DNA of 64,000 nucleotides from an uncultured bacterium (GTDB taxonomy: Bacteria > Omnitrophota > Omnitrophia > Omnitrophales > Aquincolibacteriaceae), in assembly GCA_964482725.1 (NCBI GenBank), contig CAYZYT010000007.1:87945-151944 (forward strand), given 5' to 3'. Within the stretch, counting starts at the first letter, position 1; every line of letters starts with the position of its first letter. The notes under the pieces were generated by a model. That model ran no database searches. It saw nothing but the letters and a program-made list of their open reading frames with translations, and had not been told where the DNA came from. Below, piece by piece: positions 10,249-19,094 of the stretch. The position numbers were made by a program, and so were the translations under genes.

Positions 10249-10785
10249 ATGTCAAAAACCAAGAGAACTTCTAAAAAATCTGCTAAGAAATCCGTGAAAA
10301 AGTCTTCTAAGAAATCCGTGAAAAAGGCTATCAAGAAATCCGTGAAAAAGTCTTCCAAGAAATCCGTGAAAAAAGCTGTTAAGAAACCGGCTAAAACTCT
10401 GAAAATAAAACGCCTTTCAAAGAGGGAGCTGGATATTTATAAAAAGATGCTTTTTCAGCTGCGCGGGAAGATCGCCGGAGATCTTCAGCAGATCGAAGGA
10501 GATACACTGAGCGGGAATCAGCCCAGTAACGCCGGGGAACTCTCAGATGTGGCGGACATGGCGACTGACAATTATGACCGGGAGCTTAACATCGGTTTAG
10601 CGACCAACGAGCAGCAGCTCTTGAACGATATTGATGTGGCCCTCAAAAGGATTGAGGAGGGCACCTACGGTATCTGCGAGATTTACGGAACTGCGATCCC
10701 CAAGAAACGTCTTTTGGCCATGCCCTACACTCGTCTTTCGATGAAGGCCCAGGAAGAAGAGGAGAAGAACCAACGTCGTCCGTGA
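10249..10785 (+). CDS. DksA/TraR-family protein with a histone-H1-like lysine-rich tandem-repeat N-terminal tail
   Basis: N-terminus is (KKSxKKSV)n. C-terminal region (DNYDRELNIGLATNEQQLL...ALKRIEEGTYGICEIYG) resembles the DksA coiled-coil plus C-terminal region. It has only one Cys where the canonical C4 Zn finger would sit. Confidence 0.55.
   Translation: MSKTKRTSKKSAKKSVKKSSKKSVKKAIKKSVKKSSKKSVKKAVKKPAKTLKIKRLSKRELDIYKKMLFQLRGKIAGDLQQIEGDTLSGNQPSNAGELSDVADMATDNYDRELNIGLATNEQQLLNDIDVALKRIEEGTYGICEIYGTAIPKKRLLAMPYTRLSMKAQEEEEKNQRRP
10282..10383 (+). repeat. 24-nt tandem repeat x4 (aagaaatccgtgaaaaag + 6 nt), encoding the KKSVKK repeats
   Basis: Direct reading of the sequence: units start at ~10285, 10309, 10333 and 10357. 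Confidence 0.8.
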
Positions 10786-11240
10786 TCTTCTTCTACGGCC
10801 TCGTGGGGTCCGTAGTTCTCATTGACCAGTTTTCAAAATTTCTCGCCCTTCTGTACCTCTCTCCCCAAACATCGATTCCGCTTATCCCGCAGGTGCTGGA
10901 TCTGACGCTGATCCGGAACCCCGGCGTCGCGTTCGGCCTTTTTAGCGGTTATGCTCCGGTGCTTTTTACGGTGATCACGATCAGTCTCGTTTTTTTGTTT
11001 TTGATCGCTAACCGCTCCCATGGCACGGCGGCTCACGGGACCTCGACAGCGGACCGTTGGGCGCTTAGCTTGATCTTAGGCGGAGCGATCGGGAACTGGA
11101 TCGATCGCTTGCGCTTCGCGGCGGTGATCGATTTTATCGACTTCCGGATCTGGCCGGTCTTCAACCTTGCGGATACCGCGATCACGATCGGCGTTTGCCT
11201 GTATTTTATTCGCGTCCTTCTGTCCAAAGAAAAAACATGA
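10782..11240 (+). CDS. lspA: Lipoprotein signal peptidase II
   Basis: 152 aa, 4 TM. Conserved NPGVAFG and FNLADTAI motifs. ATGA overlaps with both neighbours. Confidence 0.9.
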   Translation: MIFFYGLVGSVVLIDQFSKFLALLYLSPQTSIPLIPQVLDLTLIRNPGVAFGLFSGYAPVLFTVITISLVFLFLIANRSHGTAAHGTSTADRWALSLILGGAIGNWIDRLRFAAVIDFIDFRIWPVFNLADTAITIGVCLYFIRVLLSKEKT

Positions 11241-11974
11241 AGCCGATCCTTTTTTCTTTCGGAACGATCCACCTCTACTCGTATGGCCTTAGCATTGCCC
11301 TCGGCGTCATGCTCTCGGTCTTTTTGATGAAACGTCGTGCGCTAAAGGAAGGTTTTCCTAAACCTGACGAAGTGTTCGATATGGCTTTTATGGTTTTAGT
11401 GTGGGGATTTCTCGGAGCTCGGCTTTTTTATGTGATCCAGAACTTCTCCTATTACGTCGCCGAGCCGCTTAAGATCTTTGCCGTTTGGGAAGGCGGACTG
11501 ATCTTTTATGGCGGTGCGATTTCGGTATTTCTCGGGCTTGGGTGGACCGCCTGGAAGAAACAATGGCCTTTCTGGAAAACTTTGGATTTTCTCGTGCCCT
11601 ATGGGGCCTTGACCCATGCCTTTGGCCGGATCGGATGTTTTCTGAATGGATGCTGTTTTGGAAAATCCTGCGAATTGCCCTGGGCGGTCCGGTTTCCTGA
11701 GCTTTTGTATGCTGTGCATCCGACCCAGCTCTATGAGGCGCTCTATGACCTCGTGCTTTTCACGTTTCTCATCCAACGAGGGAAGCGGGTCCGGTTCGAA
11801 GGCGAGATCAGTCTTCTTTATCTCCTTTTGTACGGAATGGGGCGTTATACGATCGAGTTCCTGCGAGAGCCGAGTTGGACATGGCAGGGACTTACTTCGA
11901 ACCAGTGGTTGAGCGTGGCGATCATCGTTGCGGCTTTCCTCGTTTTTCAATCCCGCCGGCGCAAGAGCTCATAG
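11237..11974 (+). CDS. lgt: Prolipoprotein diacylglyceryl transferase
   Basis: Lgt signature (GRIGCFLNGCCFGK). FAVWEGGLIFYGG. Start taken at ATG 11237 (MKPILFS), a 4-nt overlap with lspA. Confidence 0.9.
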   Translation: MKPILFSFGTIHLYSYGLSIALGVMLSVFLMKRRALKEGFPKPDEVFDMAFMVLVWGFLGARLFYVIQNFSYYVAEPLKIFAVWEGGLIFYGGAISVFLGLGWTAWKKQWPFWKTLDFLVPYGALTHAFGRIGCFLNGCCFGKSCELPWAVRFPELLYAVHPTQLYEALYDLVLFTFLIQRGKRVRFEGEISLLYLLLYGMGRYTIEFLREPSWTWQGLTSNQWLSVAIIVAAFLVFQSRRRKSS

Positions 11975-11976
11975 CC

Positions 11977-12906
11977 ATGCCTAAAAACCGTTTTACGGAG
12001 TTTGTGGTGGAGGCGATGGAGGCGGAGCAGCGTCTCGATGTGTTCCTTGCCGAAAAAATGTCCCATCAGCACTCGCGGTCGCATCTCCAGAAGATGATCA
12101 AGAATGGTGCTGTGCTTGTGGATGGAAAAGATGTGACACCCCATTATCCGGTGAAATCGGGTGAGCATATCCGAGTCGAAAAGCTCGATATGCCGGAGGA
12201 GGATCTTCCCGCCGAGGCGATCCCGCTCGATATTGTCTATGAAGATGAGGATTGCCTGGTTGTGAACAAGAAGGCAGGCATGGTCGTTCACCCTGCGCAT
12301 GGAAATCCCAATCACACGCTTGTGAACGCGCTGCTCTTCCATGTCCAAAGCCTTGGAAATTCAGGGGATAATAATAAGGTCAGGCCCGGAATCGTGCACC
12401 GGCTCGACAAAGATACTTCAGGCCTTTTGGTGGTTGCCAAGAACGACTACGCGCATGCCAAGCTCGCGCTCCAGTTCAAGGAGCATACGATCGATCGTGT
12501 TTACAACGCCATCGTTCGCGGCGTGGTGCAGCATGACGAAGGGGTCTGTGAAGAGCCGGTGGGGCGTGCCTTTCTTAACCGTAAAAAAGTGATCGTTTGT
12601 CCCTCCGGGGGTAAGGATGCGACCACTTTTTTTCGTGTGTTGAAACGGTTCCCGAACGCGACTTTTGTAGAGATCCGCCCGAAGACCGGCCGTACCCATC
12701 AGATCCGCGTGCATTTCGCGTATATGGGACATCCCGTCCTGGGGGACGCCCTTTATGGGGTACAATTCCCGCCCATCAAACGACAAGCGCTTCACGCCTT
12801 GTCTCTCGGATTTGAGCAACCCCGTACGAAGAAGTGGATCCATCTTACCAGCGAGCTCCCTGAGGATATGCAGGGCCTTCTGCGCTTTCTTGAATCGCAC
12901 TCCTAA
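11977..12906 (+). CDS. rluD: 23S rRNA pseudouridine synthase, RluA family (RluD-like, with N-terminal S4 domain)
   Basis: Catalytic motif HRLDKDTSGLLVVAKN. S4-like N-terminus. Start at ATG 11977, immediately after the lgt stop. Confidence 0.85.
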   Translation: MPKNRFTEFVVEAMEAEQRLDVFLAEKMSHQHSRSHLQKMIKNGAVLVDGKDVTPHYPVKSGEHIRVEKLDMPEEDLPAEAIPLDIVYEDEDCLVVNKKAGMVVHPAHGNPNHTLVNALLFHVQSLGNSGDNNKVRPGIVHRLDKDTSGLLVVAKNDYAHAKLALQFKEHTIDRVYNAIVRGVVQHDEGVCEEPVGRAFLNRKKVIVCPSGGKDATTFFRVLKRFPNATFVEIRPKTGRTHQIRVHFAYMGHPVLGDALYGVQFPPIKRQALHALSLGFEQPRTKKWIHLTSELPEDMQGLLRFLESHS

Positions 12907-12926
12907 TTGCCTTATAATCAAAAGCC

Positions 12927-13604
12927 GTGAATTCTGTCCATTGGTTTTTCTTCATCGGGACGGTCGTCGTCTCTCTGGGTTTTGCGCTCCATGGTCAATG
13001 GGTGCTCTGGAAATACAAGGCGCCCTCCTATAGGACTGCCGTGACCGGCTGCGAGATCGCACGTTTCGTGCTGGATAAAGCAGGCCTCGTCCAGGTTCCG
13101 GTGACTCCGATGGAACCTTCCGAGGAATACCCTTCAACGGAAGCTCTTTTTCTGGAGCCCATGATCTATGAAGGCCGCGATTTTCTTGCTATCCTCCAGG
13201 CGGCACGCCAGGCCTACCTTAAATGTCAGCTTTCCAACATGACTTTTTGGGTGCGTCTCAAAAAACGCATGGCTTTTGTGATCCGCGTTACAGTCCTGGC
13301 TGGGTGGATCCTCTTGGCTCTGGGCATCTTTTTCCCAACATTTCGTGCTCTCGTCAATCTTGCGCTCGGGTGTTTCACCGTGGTCCTGGCTCTTGTAATC
13401 TTTGATCTTCCTTTTGAGTTGGAGGTCGAGGAAAAAACGTCCAAGCTTCTTAAGGATTCCGGGCACTTTCAACCGAATGAAATGGTCCATCTGAAAAAAT
13501 TGAGTCAGGTCATGGCTCTTTGGGGCCTTGCCGCCGTCGTTCGCGCACCGTTCAACAAGTGTCTTTCTCTTATAGGGAAAAAGGGGAGGGTCTATGGGCT
13601 TTAA
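12927..13604 (+). CDS. YugP-like (COG2738) putative membrane Zn-metallopeptidase family protein. The HExxH motif appears to be lost.
   Basis: The N-terminal pattern (TM helix, ...RTAVTGCEIARFVLDKAGL.VQVPVTP....EYPSTEALFLEPMIYEGRDFLAILQAARQ) parallels YugP-family proteins. Where HEVGH is expected the sequence reads RQAYL. Confidence 0.45.
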   Translation: MNSVHWFFFIGTVVVSLGFALHGQWVLWKYKAPSYRTAVTGCEIARFVLDKAGLVQVPVTPMEPSEEYPSTEALFLEPMIYEGRDFLAILQAARQAYLKCQLSNMTFWVRLKKRMAFVIRVTVLAGWILLALGIFFPTFRALVNLALGCFTVVLALVIFDLPFELEVEEKTSKLLKDSGHFQPNEMVHLKKLSQVMALWGLAAVVRAPFNKCLSLIGKKGRVYGL

Positions 13605-15147
13605 GAATCTCGGGGAATTTCTGAAAGCTCTTCGCGCCGAGGGCGAGCTTGTTGAGGTGAAGGCCTCCGTCGATCCGGTGCTGGAGGTGACGGAGATCTA
13701 TGACCGGGTGGTGAAAAAGGAAGGGCCGGCGCTTCTTTTTACGAATGTCCGCGGTTCCTCCATGCCGTTGGTGATCAATCTTTTTGGTTCTGCGAAACGT
13801 ATGAGCATGGCGCTCGGAGTGAAGACCCTTTCCGAGATCGCGGAGCGCATCCGTTCTTTTTTGGATCTGAAGCCGCCCCGGGGCCTTTTTGAAAAACTCG
13901 CGATGATCCCCAAGCTTTCGGAGCTCAATGCCGTGCTCCCCAAATTCGTCAAGGACGCGCCTTGCCAGGAGAAGGTTATTCTTGTGGGCGAGGGTAAGCC
14001 CAATTCTCCATCAGAAAATGCAAAGGTTAATGGGGCTAGTCCTGGCAACCTTCTATCAGAAGAAAATAGATGCCAGGGCAAGATGTTGGACCAACTCCCC
14101 CTGATCCAGTGTTGGCCGAAAGATGGCGGAAAATTCATCACGTTTCCGCTTGTGATCACCAAGGATCCGGAGACGAACCAGCGCAATTGCGGGCTTTACC
14201 GCATGCATGTCTATAACGATCAAACGACGGGTATGCACTGGCAGATCCATAAGGACGGTGCCGAACACTTCCGGAAGCTCAAACCCGGAAGTAAAGGGCG
14301 TTTGCCCGTCGCTTGCGTGATTGGCGCAGATCCGGCGACCATGTTCGCTGCCGCGTGTCCGCTACCTGGCGGGATGGATGAGATGATGCTTGCAGGATTT
14401 CTTCGAAAAAAGTCTGTGGAGCTCGTGAAATGCAAGACGATCGATCTGGAGGTTCCGGCGGAGGCTGAGATTGTATTGGAAGGCTATGTGGAAGAAGGGG
14501 AGATGCGCCTCGAAGGGCCGTTCGGGGATCACACGGGTTTTTACTCTCGCGCAAAAGATTTTCCCGTATTCCACGTCACCTGCATGACGCATCGAAAAAA
14601 CCCCGTCTATGTGACGACCGTCGTTGGCCGTGCACCGATGGAAGATTGCTACATGGGGAAGGCTATCGAGCGGATCTTTCTGCCGATGATCCAGAAACAA
14701 TTTCCCGAGATCACGGATATTTGCCTGCCGTGGGAGGGCGCGTTCCACAATTGCCTGATCGTCTCTATCAAGAAGAGTTATCCTGAACAGGGAAAAAAAA
14801 TCATCCATGCGATCTGGGGCCTCGGACAGATGATGTTCTCCAAAATGGTCATCGTGCTCGATCATGATACGAACATTCAGAATCTTAAAGAAGTTTCGTG
14901 GCGCGTTCTCAACAACATGGATCCCAAGCGTGATATGGTGTTCGGCGAAGGGCCGCTCGATGAGCTTGACCACGCTGCCGCCAAGGATTTTGGGGGCTCC
15001 AAAATAGGGATCGACGCCACGCGTAAAGGCGACGTCGAGGGGATGCAGCGTCCCTGGCCCGAAGACATTATCATGGCGGATGAAATTAAGCGCCGCGTGG
15101 AGGCTCGTTGGTGCGAGTATGGGTTGGATGAAAAATACCTTCGCTAA
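13594..15147 (+). CDS. UbiD-family prFMN-dependent decarboxylase (futalosine-pathway MqnL-like)
   Basis: 517 aa with UbiD family conservation throughout. Roughly 30 aa of lower-GC inserted sequence lies near residues 130-165. Confidence 0.85.
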   Translation: MGFKNLGEFLKALRAEGELVEVKASVDPVLEVTEIYDRVVKKEGPALLFTNVRGSSMPLVINLFGSAKRMSMALGVKTLSEIAERIRSFLDLKPPRGLFEKLAMIPKLSELNAVLPKFVKDAPCQEKVILVGEGKPNSPSENAKVNGASPGNLLSEENRCQGKMLDQLPLIQCWPKDGGKFITFPLVITKDPETNQRNCGLYRMHVYNDQTTGMHWQIHKDGAEHFRKLKPGSKGRLPVACVIGADPATMFAAACPLPGGMDEMMLAGFLRKKSVELVKCKTIDLEVPAEAEIVLEGYVEEGEMRLEGPFGDHTGFYSRAKDFPVFHVTCMTHRKNPVYVTTVVGRAPMEDCYMGKAIERIFLPMIQKQFPEITDICLPWEGAFHNCLIVSIKKSYPEQGKKIIHAIWGLGQMMFSKMVIVLDHDTNIQNLKEVSWRVLNNMDPKRDMVFGEGPLDELDHAAAKDFGGSKIGIDATRKGDVEGMQRPWPEDIIMADEIKRRVEARWCEYGLDEKYLR

Positions 15148-15988
15148 GTTCGGGTTGTTCCTTGAGATGATCAAGTTTGAGCATTCGATCTTTGCTCTTC
15201 CGTTCGCGTATCTAGGCCTTTTTTTTGCGGAAAAAAAAGTCCCGAGCTTTTTTCTTTTTTTCTGGATCACGGTCGCGATGGTGAGTTTCCGTACTATGGC
15301 GATGGCTTTGAACCGGCTGCTCGATCGGGCGATCGACGCGGAGAACTCGAGGACTCGCGGAAGAGCGTTACCTCAAAAAAAAATACCAACAGGTTTTGTT
15401 TGGCTGGCGGTGCTAGCTTCGTTCCTTGTTTTTGAAGGGAGTGCTTTTACCCTGGGACCGTTGTGTTTTTGGCTTTCCCCGTTTCCCGTGCTGCTGGCGT
15501 GGGGCTATCCTTTGACCAAGCGTTTTACGTGGTTCTCGCATTTTGTGTTGGGCTTGGTGCTTGGCATCGCACCGTATGGTGCCTGGATCGCGAGCCGCGG
15601 ATCGTGGGGGTGGACTCCGGCGTTCCTGACGGCGGGTGTGATGATGTGGGTCGCGGGTTTTGATATGATCTACGCGCTTCAGGATATTGATTTTGACCGA
15701 CAACGAGGGCTTTATTCCGTGCCCGCCAAGTTCGGAGAAGCCAGGACGCTTCAGATCACCCAAGGCCTTCATGGGCTGGCGGTTCTTTGCTGGGGTGTGG
15801 CAGGATTTTTGAACGGGGCGGGGTGGGTCTACGGGCTGGGCTTGGTGCTCGTGGCCTATTTTCTTGTTCGTGAGCATCAGTTGATCCGTTCTTTTGGTGT
15901 CGCCAAAATGAACGAAGCTTTTTTCCTCATGAATGCCGTCGTCAGCCTTACGCTGCTCGTGGCGGTTATTCTTGACACAATGTTATAG
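15128..15988 (+). CDS. UbiA-family aromatic prenyltransferase (futalosine-pathway MqnP-like)
   Basis: Asp-rich motif NRLLDRAIDAENSRTRGRALP. About 8 TM helices. The internal ATG at 15128 overlaps the ubiD-like stop. Confidence 0.85.
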   Translation: MKNTFAKFGLFLEMIKFEHSIFALPFAYLGLFFAEKKVPSFFLFFWITVAMVSFRTMAMALNRLLDRAIDAENSRTRGRALPQKKIPTGFVWLAVLASFLVFEGSAFTLGPLCFWLSPFPVLLAWGYPLTKRFTWFSHFVLGLVLGIAPYGAWIASRGSWGWTPAFLTAGVMMWVAGFDMIYALQDIDFDRQRGLYSVPAKFGEARTLQITQGLHGLAVLCWGVAGFLNGAGWVYGLGLVLVAYFLVREHQLIRSFGVAKMNEAFFLMNAVVSLTLLVAVILDTML

Positions 15989-15999
15989 GAGGTCTTGAA

Positions 16000-16503
16000 A
16001 TGAGAAAAGTTTTTTTCGTGATGCTTTTTGTCCTAACATTCCTTTCGCTTGCCTATGCCGCGCAAAAAAACAGGATTGAATTAATAGACGGCGGCATTTT
16101 TGAAGGGGAGGTCATTTCACTTCGCGAAGGAGAATATACGATCAAAAGTACAAGCATCGGAACCTTCAAGGTCGAAGCCTCTCGAGTCCGTAAGATAAGT
16201 CCGGTAGGTCCCACCGAAGGATTTTCCGGAAAACCAGCGCTACCTGCCGACACTGCGGCTGGTGGTGCCAGCGAGGTTCAAAAGGTCCAGTCCATGATCG
16301 CCGCGGATCCGGACATGATGAAAGCCCTCCCCGGGCTGACCGGAAATGCTGATTTTCAGGCCCTTTTAAAAGACCCCGAGATCATGAAGGCGGCAAAATC
16401 GATGGATCTCAAGACTCTTATGACGAATGAGAAAGTCGTTAATGCTGCCAATAATCCGGCGATCCAAGAGATTAGCCGAAAGATTAAAAAGAAGAATGGT
16501 TAA
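16000..16503 (+). CDS. Secreted hypothetical protein with a C-terminal STI1/DP-like repeat region
   Basis: Signal peptide MRKVFFVMLFVLTFLSLAYA. Repeats DPDMMKALPGL and KDPEIMKAAKSMD resemble STI1 DP motifs. AGGAGG RBS at 15987-15992. Confidence 0.5.
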   Translation: MRKVFFVMLFVLTFLSLAYAAQKNRIELIDGGIFEGEVISLREGEYTIKSTSIGTFKVEASRVRKISPVGPTEGFSGKPALPADTAAGGASEVQKVQSMIAADPDMMKALPGLTGNADFQALLKDPEIMKAAKSMDLKTLMTNEKVVNAANNPAIQEISRKIKKKNG

Positions 16504-16504
16504 T

Positions 16505-17101
16505 ATGAAACCCTACATTGTTGCGATAACGGGGGCAAGCGGGGCGGTGTATGGAGTGCGGTTGCTCGAGGTGTTAGCGGAACAGAAGGTGCCTGTGGAG
16601 CTCGTGATCTCGGATACGGCGAAGTTCGTGATGAAAGAAGAAGGACAAGTTCTCGCATCAGGGACAGGTCCCGGAAGCGAAAGCGGACCTGTCCCTTTTG
16701 TTACTATTCACGATTTCCGCGATTTCACCGCGCCGATCGCGAGCGGTTCGTACCCGACGGAAGGGATGGTGATCGTTCCGTGCAGCATGGGAACGCTGGG
16801 GGCGATCGCGTCAGGTCTTAGCCAGAATCTCATTCACCGGGCCGCCGATTGCACGATCAAGGAAGGGCGGAAACTCATTCTGGTTCCTCGCGAAACGCCG
16901 CTTTCGGCCATTCATCTTGAAAATATGCTCAAGCTCGCGCGCCTTGGCGTGAAGATCGTTCCGCCGATGCCGGCATTTTACACTAACCAGAAGAGCATCC
17001 AGGACCTTGTGGATTTTGTGGTCGGAAAGATCCTGGATCAAATGGGCGTTCCACACATGCTTTATCCTCGGTGGGTGGGGAAAATGGACCACAGACCATA
17101 G
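16505..17101 (+). CDS. ubiX: UbiX-family flavin prenyltransferase (MqnM-like)
   Basis: MKPYIVAITGASGAVYG...PCSMGTLGAIASG. Start at ATG 16505, just after the upstream stop. Confidence 0.85.
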   Translation: MKPYIVAITGASGAVYGVRLLEVLAEQKVPVELVISDTAKFVMKEEGQVLASGTGPGSESGPVPFVTIHDFRDFTAPIASGSYPTEGMVIVPCSMGTLGAIASGLSQNLIHRAADCTIKEGRKLILVPRETPLSAIHLENMLKLARLGVKIVPPMPAFYTNQKSIQDLVDFVVGKILDQMGVPHMLYPRWVGKMDHRP

Positions 17102-17131
17102 CTAGGGGCTATACACTTTTCGGAAAATTTG

Positions 17132-17980
17132 ATGAATACTCCAGCCAAGCTTCGGATCGGAAAAATAAAGTATCTCAATTGCCTGCCCTTTTACTTTGGC
17201 CTTGCGGAAAGGCTTCGCGCAAAGGGGCTGGAGCCGGAGGCTTGTTTTTTCGAGTCGTATCCGGCTGAGATCAACCAAGCGATGGAAAAAGGGGAGATCG
17301 ATGCAGCCCCGGTGTCCTCCTTGGAATATCTCCAGCATCAAGCCGATTATCTTCTCCTGCCGGACCTCGCGATCGGAACGCGGCTTTTCGCGCGGAGCGT
17401 GCTTCTTCTTTCCAAAAAAAAGATCGAGAGCCTCGACCACGCCGTGATCGCGCTGTCCCGCGAAAGTCTCAGCTCCGCCGCTCTTGTGCGTATTCTCCTG
17501 TCGAAAAAATATAACCATCGCAACACCTTCGAACTGACCGATCAGGACCCCGAGGCCATGCTTCAAAAATATCCGGCCGCGCTTGTGATCGGGGACCAGG
17601 CGCTTTTCTGCCAGCCCAAAGAATTGATCTATAAGTATGATCTCGGGGAGCTGTGGCAGTCCTGGACCGGAAAGCCGTTCGTCTTTGCCTTATGGGCCGT
17701 GCGGAGGGATTTTGCCGCCCGGTATCCGGAGCCGCTTGGGGCTTTTCTCGGGAGTTTGAAAGAAAATCTTCGGAAGAATTTGGAGGACCCGGAGGTTCTT
17801 CTGAAAAAAGCGCTCGGGGTCGCACCCTCGGACAAAAGATTCTGTCAATTGCTTGGCTATCTGGTCAATCTTCAATACGCGCTTGATGTGGATATGAAGG
17901 AGGGCGTGCTGCGGTTCTTTGAACTGGCTCATGAAGAGGGCCTCGCCCCGGCGCCCCAACCTCTGCAATTCTTTGAATAA
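17132..17980 (+). CDS. mqnA: Chorismate dehydratase MqnA (MqnA/MqnD family, periplasmic-binding-protein-like fold)
   Basis: N-terminal RIGKIKYLNCLPF matches the MqnA YLN motif. The SPxPND motif typical of MqnD is absent. The track ORF starts at TTG 17129; ATG is at 17132. Confidence 0.65.
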   Translation: MNTPAKLRIGKIKYLNCLPFYFGLAERLRAKGLEPEACFFESYPAEINQAMEKGEIDAAPVSSLEYLQHQADYLLLPDLAIGTRLFARSVLLLSKKKIESLDHAVIALSRESLSSAALVRILLSKKYNHRNTFELTDQDPEAMLQKYPAALVIGDQALFCQPKELIYKYDLGELWQSWTGKPFVFALWAVRRDFAARYPEPLGAFLGSLKENLRKNLEDPEVLLKKALGVAPSDKRFCQLLGYLVNLQYALDVDMKEGVLRFFELAHEEGLAPAPQPLQFFE

Positions 17981-17981
17981 T

Positions 17982-19094
17982 ATGAATGACGCCTGGCCCC
18001 TTCTCGAAAAACGGCTGAGTGGCGGACGTTTAACGCTCGAAGACGGCGTGCGGCTCTACGAGTGTGATCTCATGAGTCTGGGGCAGGCGGCGCAAAAGCT
18101 GACGTCGCGGATTTTGCCGGACGTTGTCACGTTCGTGGTCGACCGCAATATCAGCTACACGAATGTCTGCACGATCGGCTGTGACTTCTGTGCGTTCCAT
18201 TGCGCCCCCGGAGCTTCGAACGCGTTTGTGCTTTCCCAAGAGGAGATCTTGGTAAAGGTCCGGGAGCTTGTTGATCTCGGGGGAACTCAAGTTCTCATCC
18301 AGGGAGGCATTCATCCGGACCTGAAGCTCGATTATTATCTGGAGATGGTCCGCGCCATTCGTCAAAAATTCCCCCAGGTTTTGATCCACTCTTTTTCCGC
18401 GATCGAGATGGATGTTCTATCGCAAAAGTCCGGGATCCTTTTGCCTGAACTATTCAGGAAGTTCAAGGAAGCGGGTCTCAATTCATTGCCGGGGGGCGGG
18501 GCGGAGATCCTTGTGGAGCGTGTACGCAAGCGGATCAGCCCGAAGAAGATCTCATCCGACCGGTGGCTCGAAGTGATGCGGACGGCGCACGAGGCCGGCC
18601 TTAAGACTACGGCCACGATGGTGTTCGGTCATGTCGAGACAAAGGAAGAGAGGATCATGCATTTGATCCGTCTTAGAGAGTTGCAGGACCAGACGCAGGG
18701 TTTCCGTTCATTCATCCCCTGGAGTTTTGTGCCCTTCGCAAAGAAGGGGACAGTCCCTTTAAATGCGTTAGAGGGGCTGTCCCCTTCAGGCGGGGACGAT
18801 TATCTCAAGACGGTGGCGATCTCAAGGCTCATGCTCGACAATATCGAACATATTCAAAGCGGCTGGCTGACCGAAGGACTGAAACTCGGGCAGATCGCAC
18901 TTGCCTTTGGTTGTGACGACATGGGCGGTACTTTGATCGAGGACAAGGTCCTGGAGCCTACGGGGATCAAGGTCCATACACGTCGCGACGATCTCATAGG
19001 CCTCATTCAAGATGCCGGTTTTATTCCTGTTCAGCGTGACACGAATTATCAAGTGCTCAAAGTTTTTGAGGCGGTGCGCCATGCCCACGCCTGA
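17982..19094 (+). CDS. Radical-SAM menaquinone biosynthesis enzyme, MqnC/MqnE family
   Basis: CTIGCDFCAF (Cx3Cx2C). 370 aa. Start at ATG 17982, two nt after the mqnA stop. Confidence 0.75.
   Translation: MNDAWPLLEKRLSGGRLTLEDGVRLYECDLMSLGQAAQKLTSRILPDVVTFVVDRNISYTNVCTIGCDFCAFHCAPGASNAFVLSQEEILVKVRELVDLGGTQVLIQGGIHPDLKLDYYLEMVRAIRQKFPQVLIHSFSAIEMDVLSQKSGILLPELFRKFKEAGLNSLPGGGAEILVERVRKRISPKKISSDRWLEVMRTAHEAGLKTTATMVFGHVETKEERIMHLIRLRELQDQTQGFRSFIPWSFVPFAKKGTVPLNALEGLSPSGGDDYLKTVAISRLMLDNIEHIQSGWLTEGLKLGQIALAFGCDDMGGTLIEDKVLEPTGIKVHTRRDDLIGLIQDAGFIPVQRDTNYQVLKVFEAVRHAHA

Noticed and set aside
10282-10383. Possible CRISPR array (regular 24-nt repeats); likewise the 33-nt repeats at 27340-27470
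   Set aside because: The repeats are contiguous with no spacers and are in-frame coding repeats (KKSVKK, GTTTTTNATIT). No cas genes are in the window.
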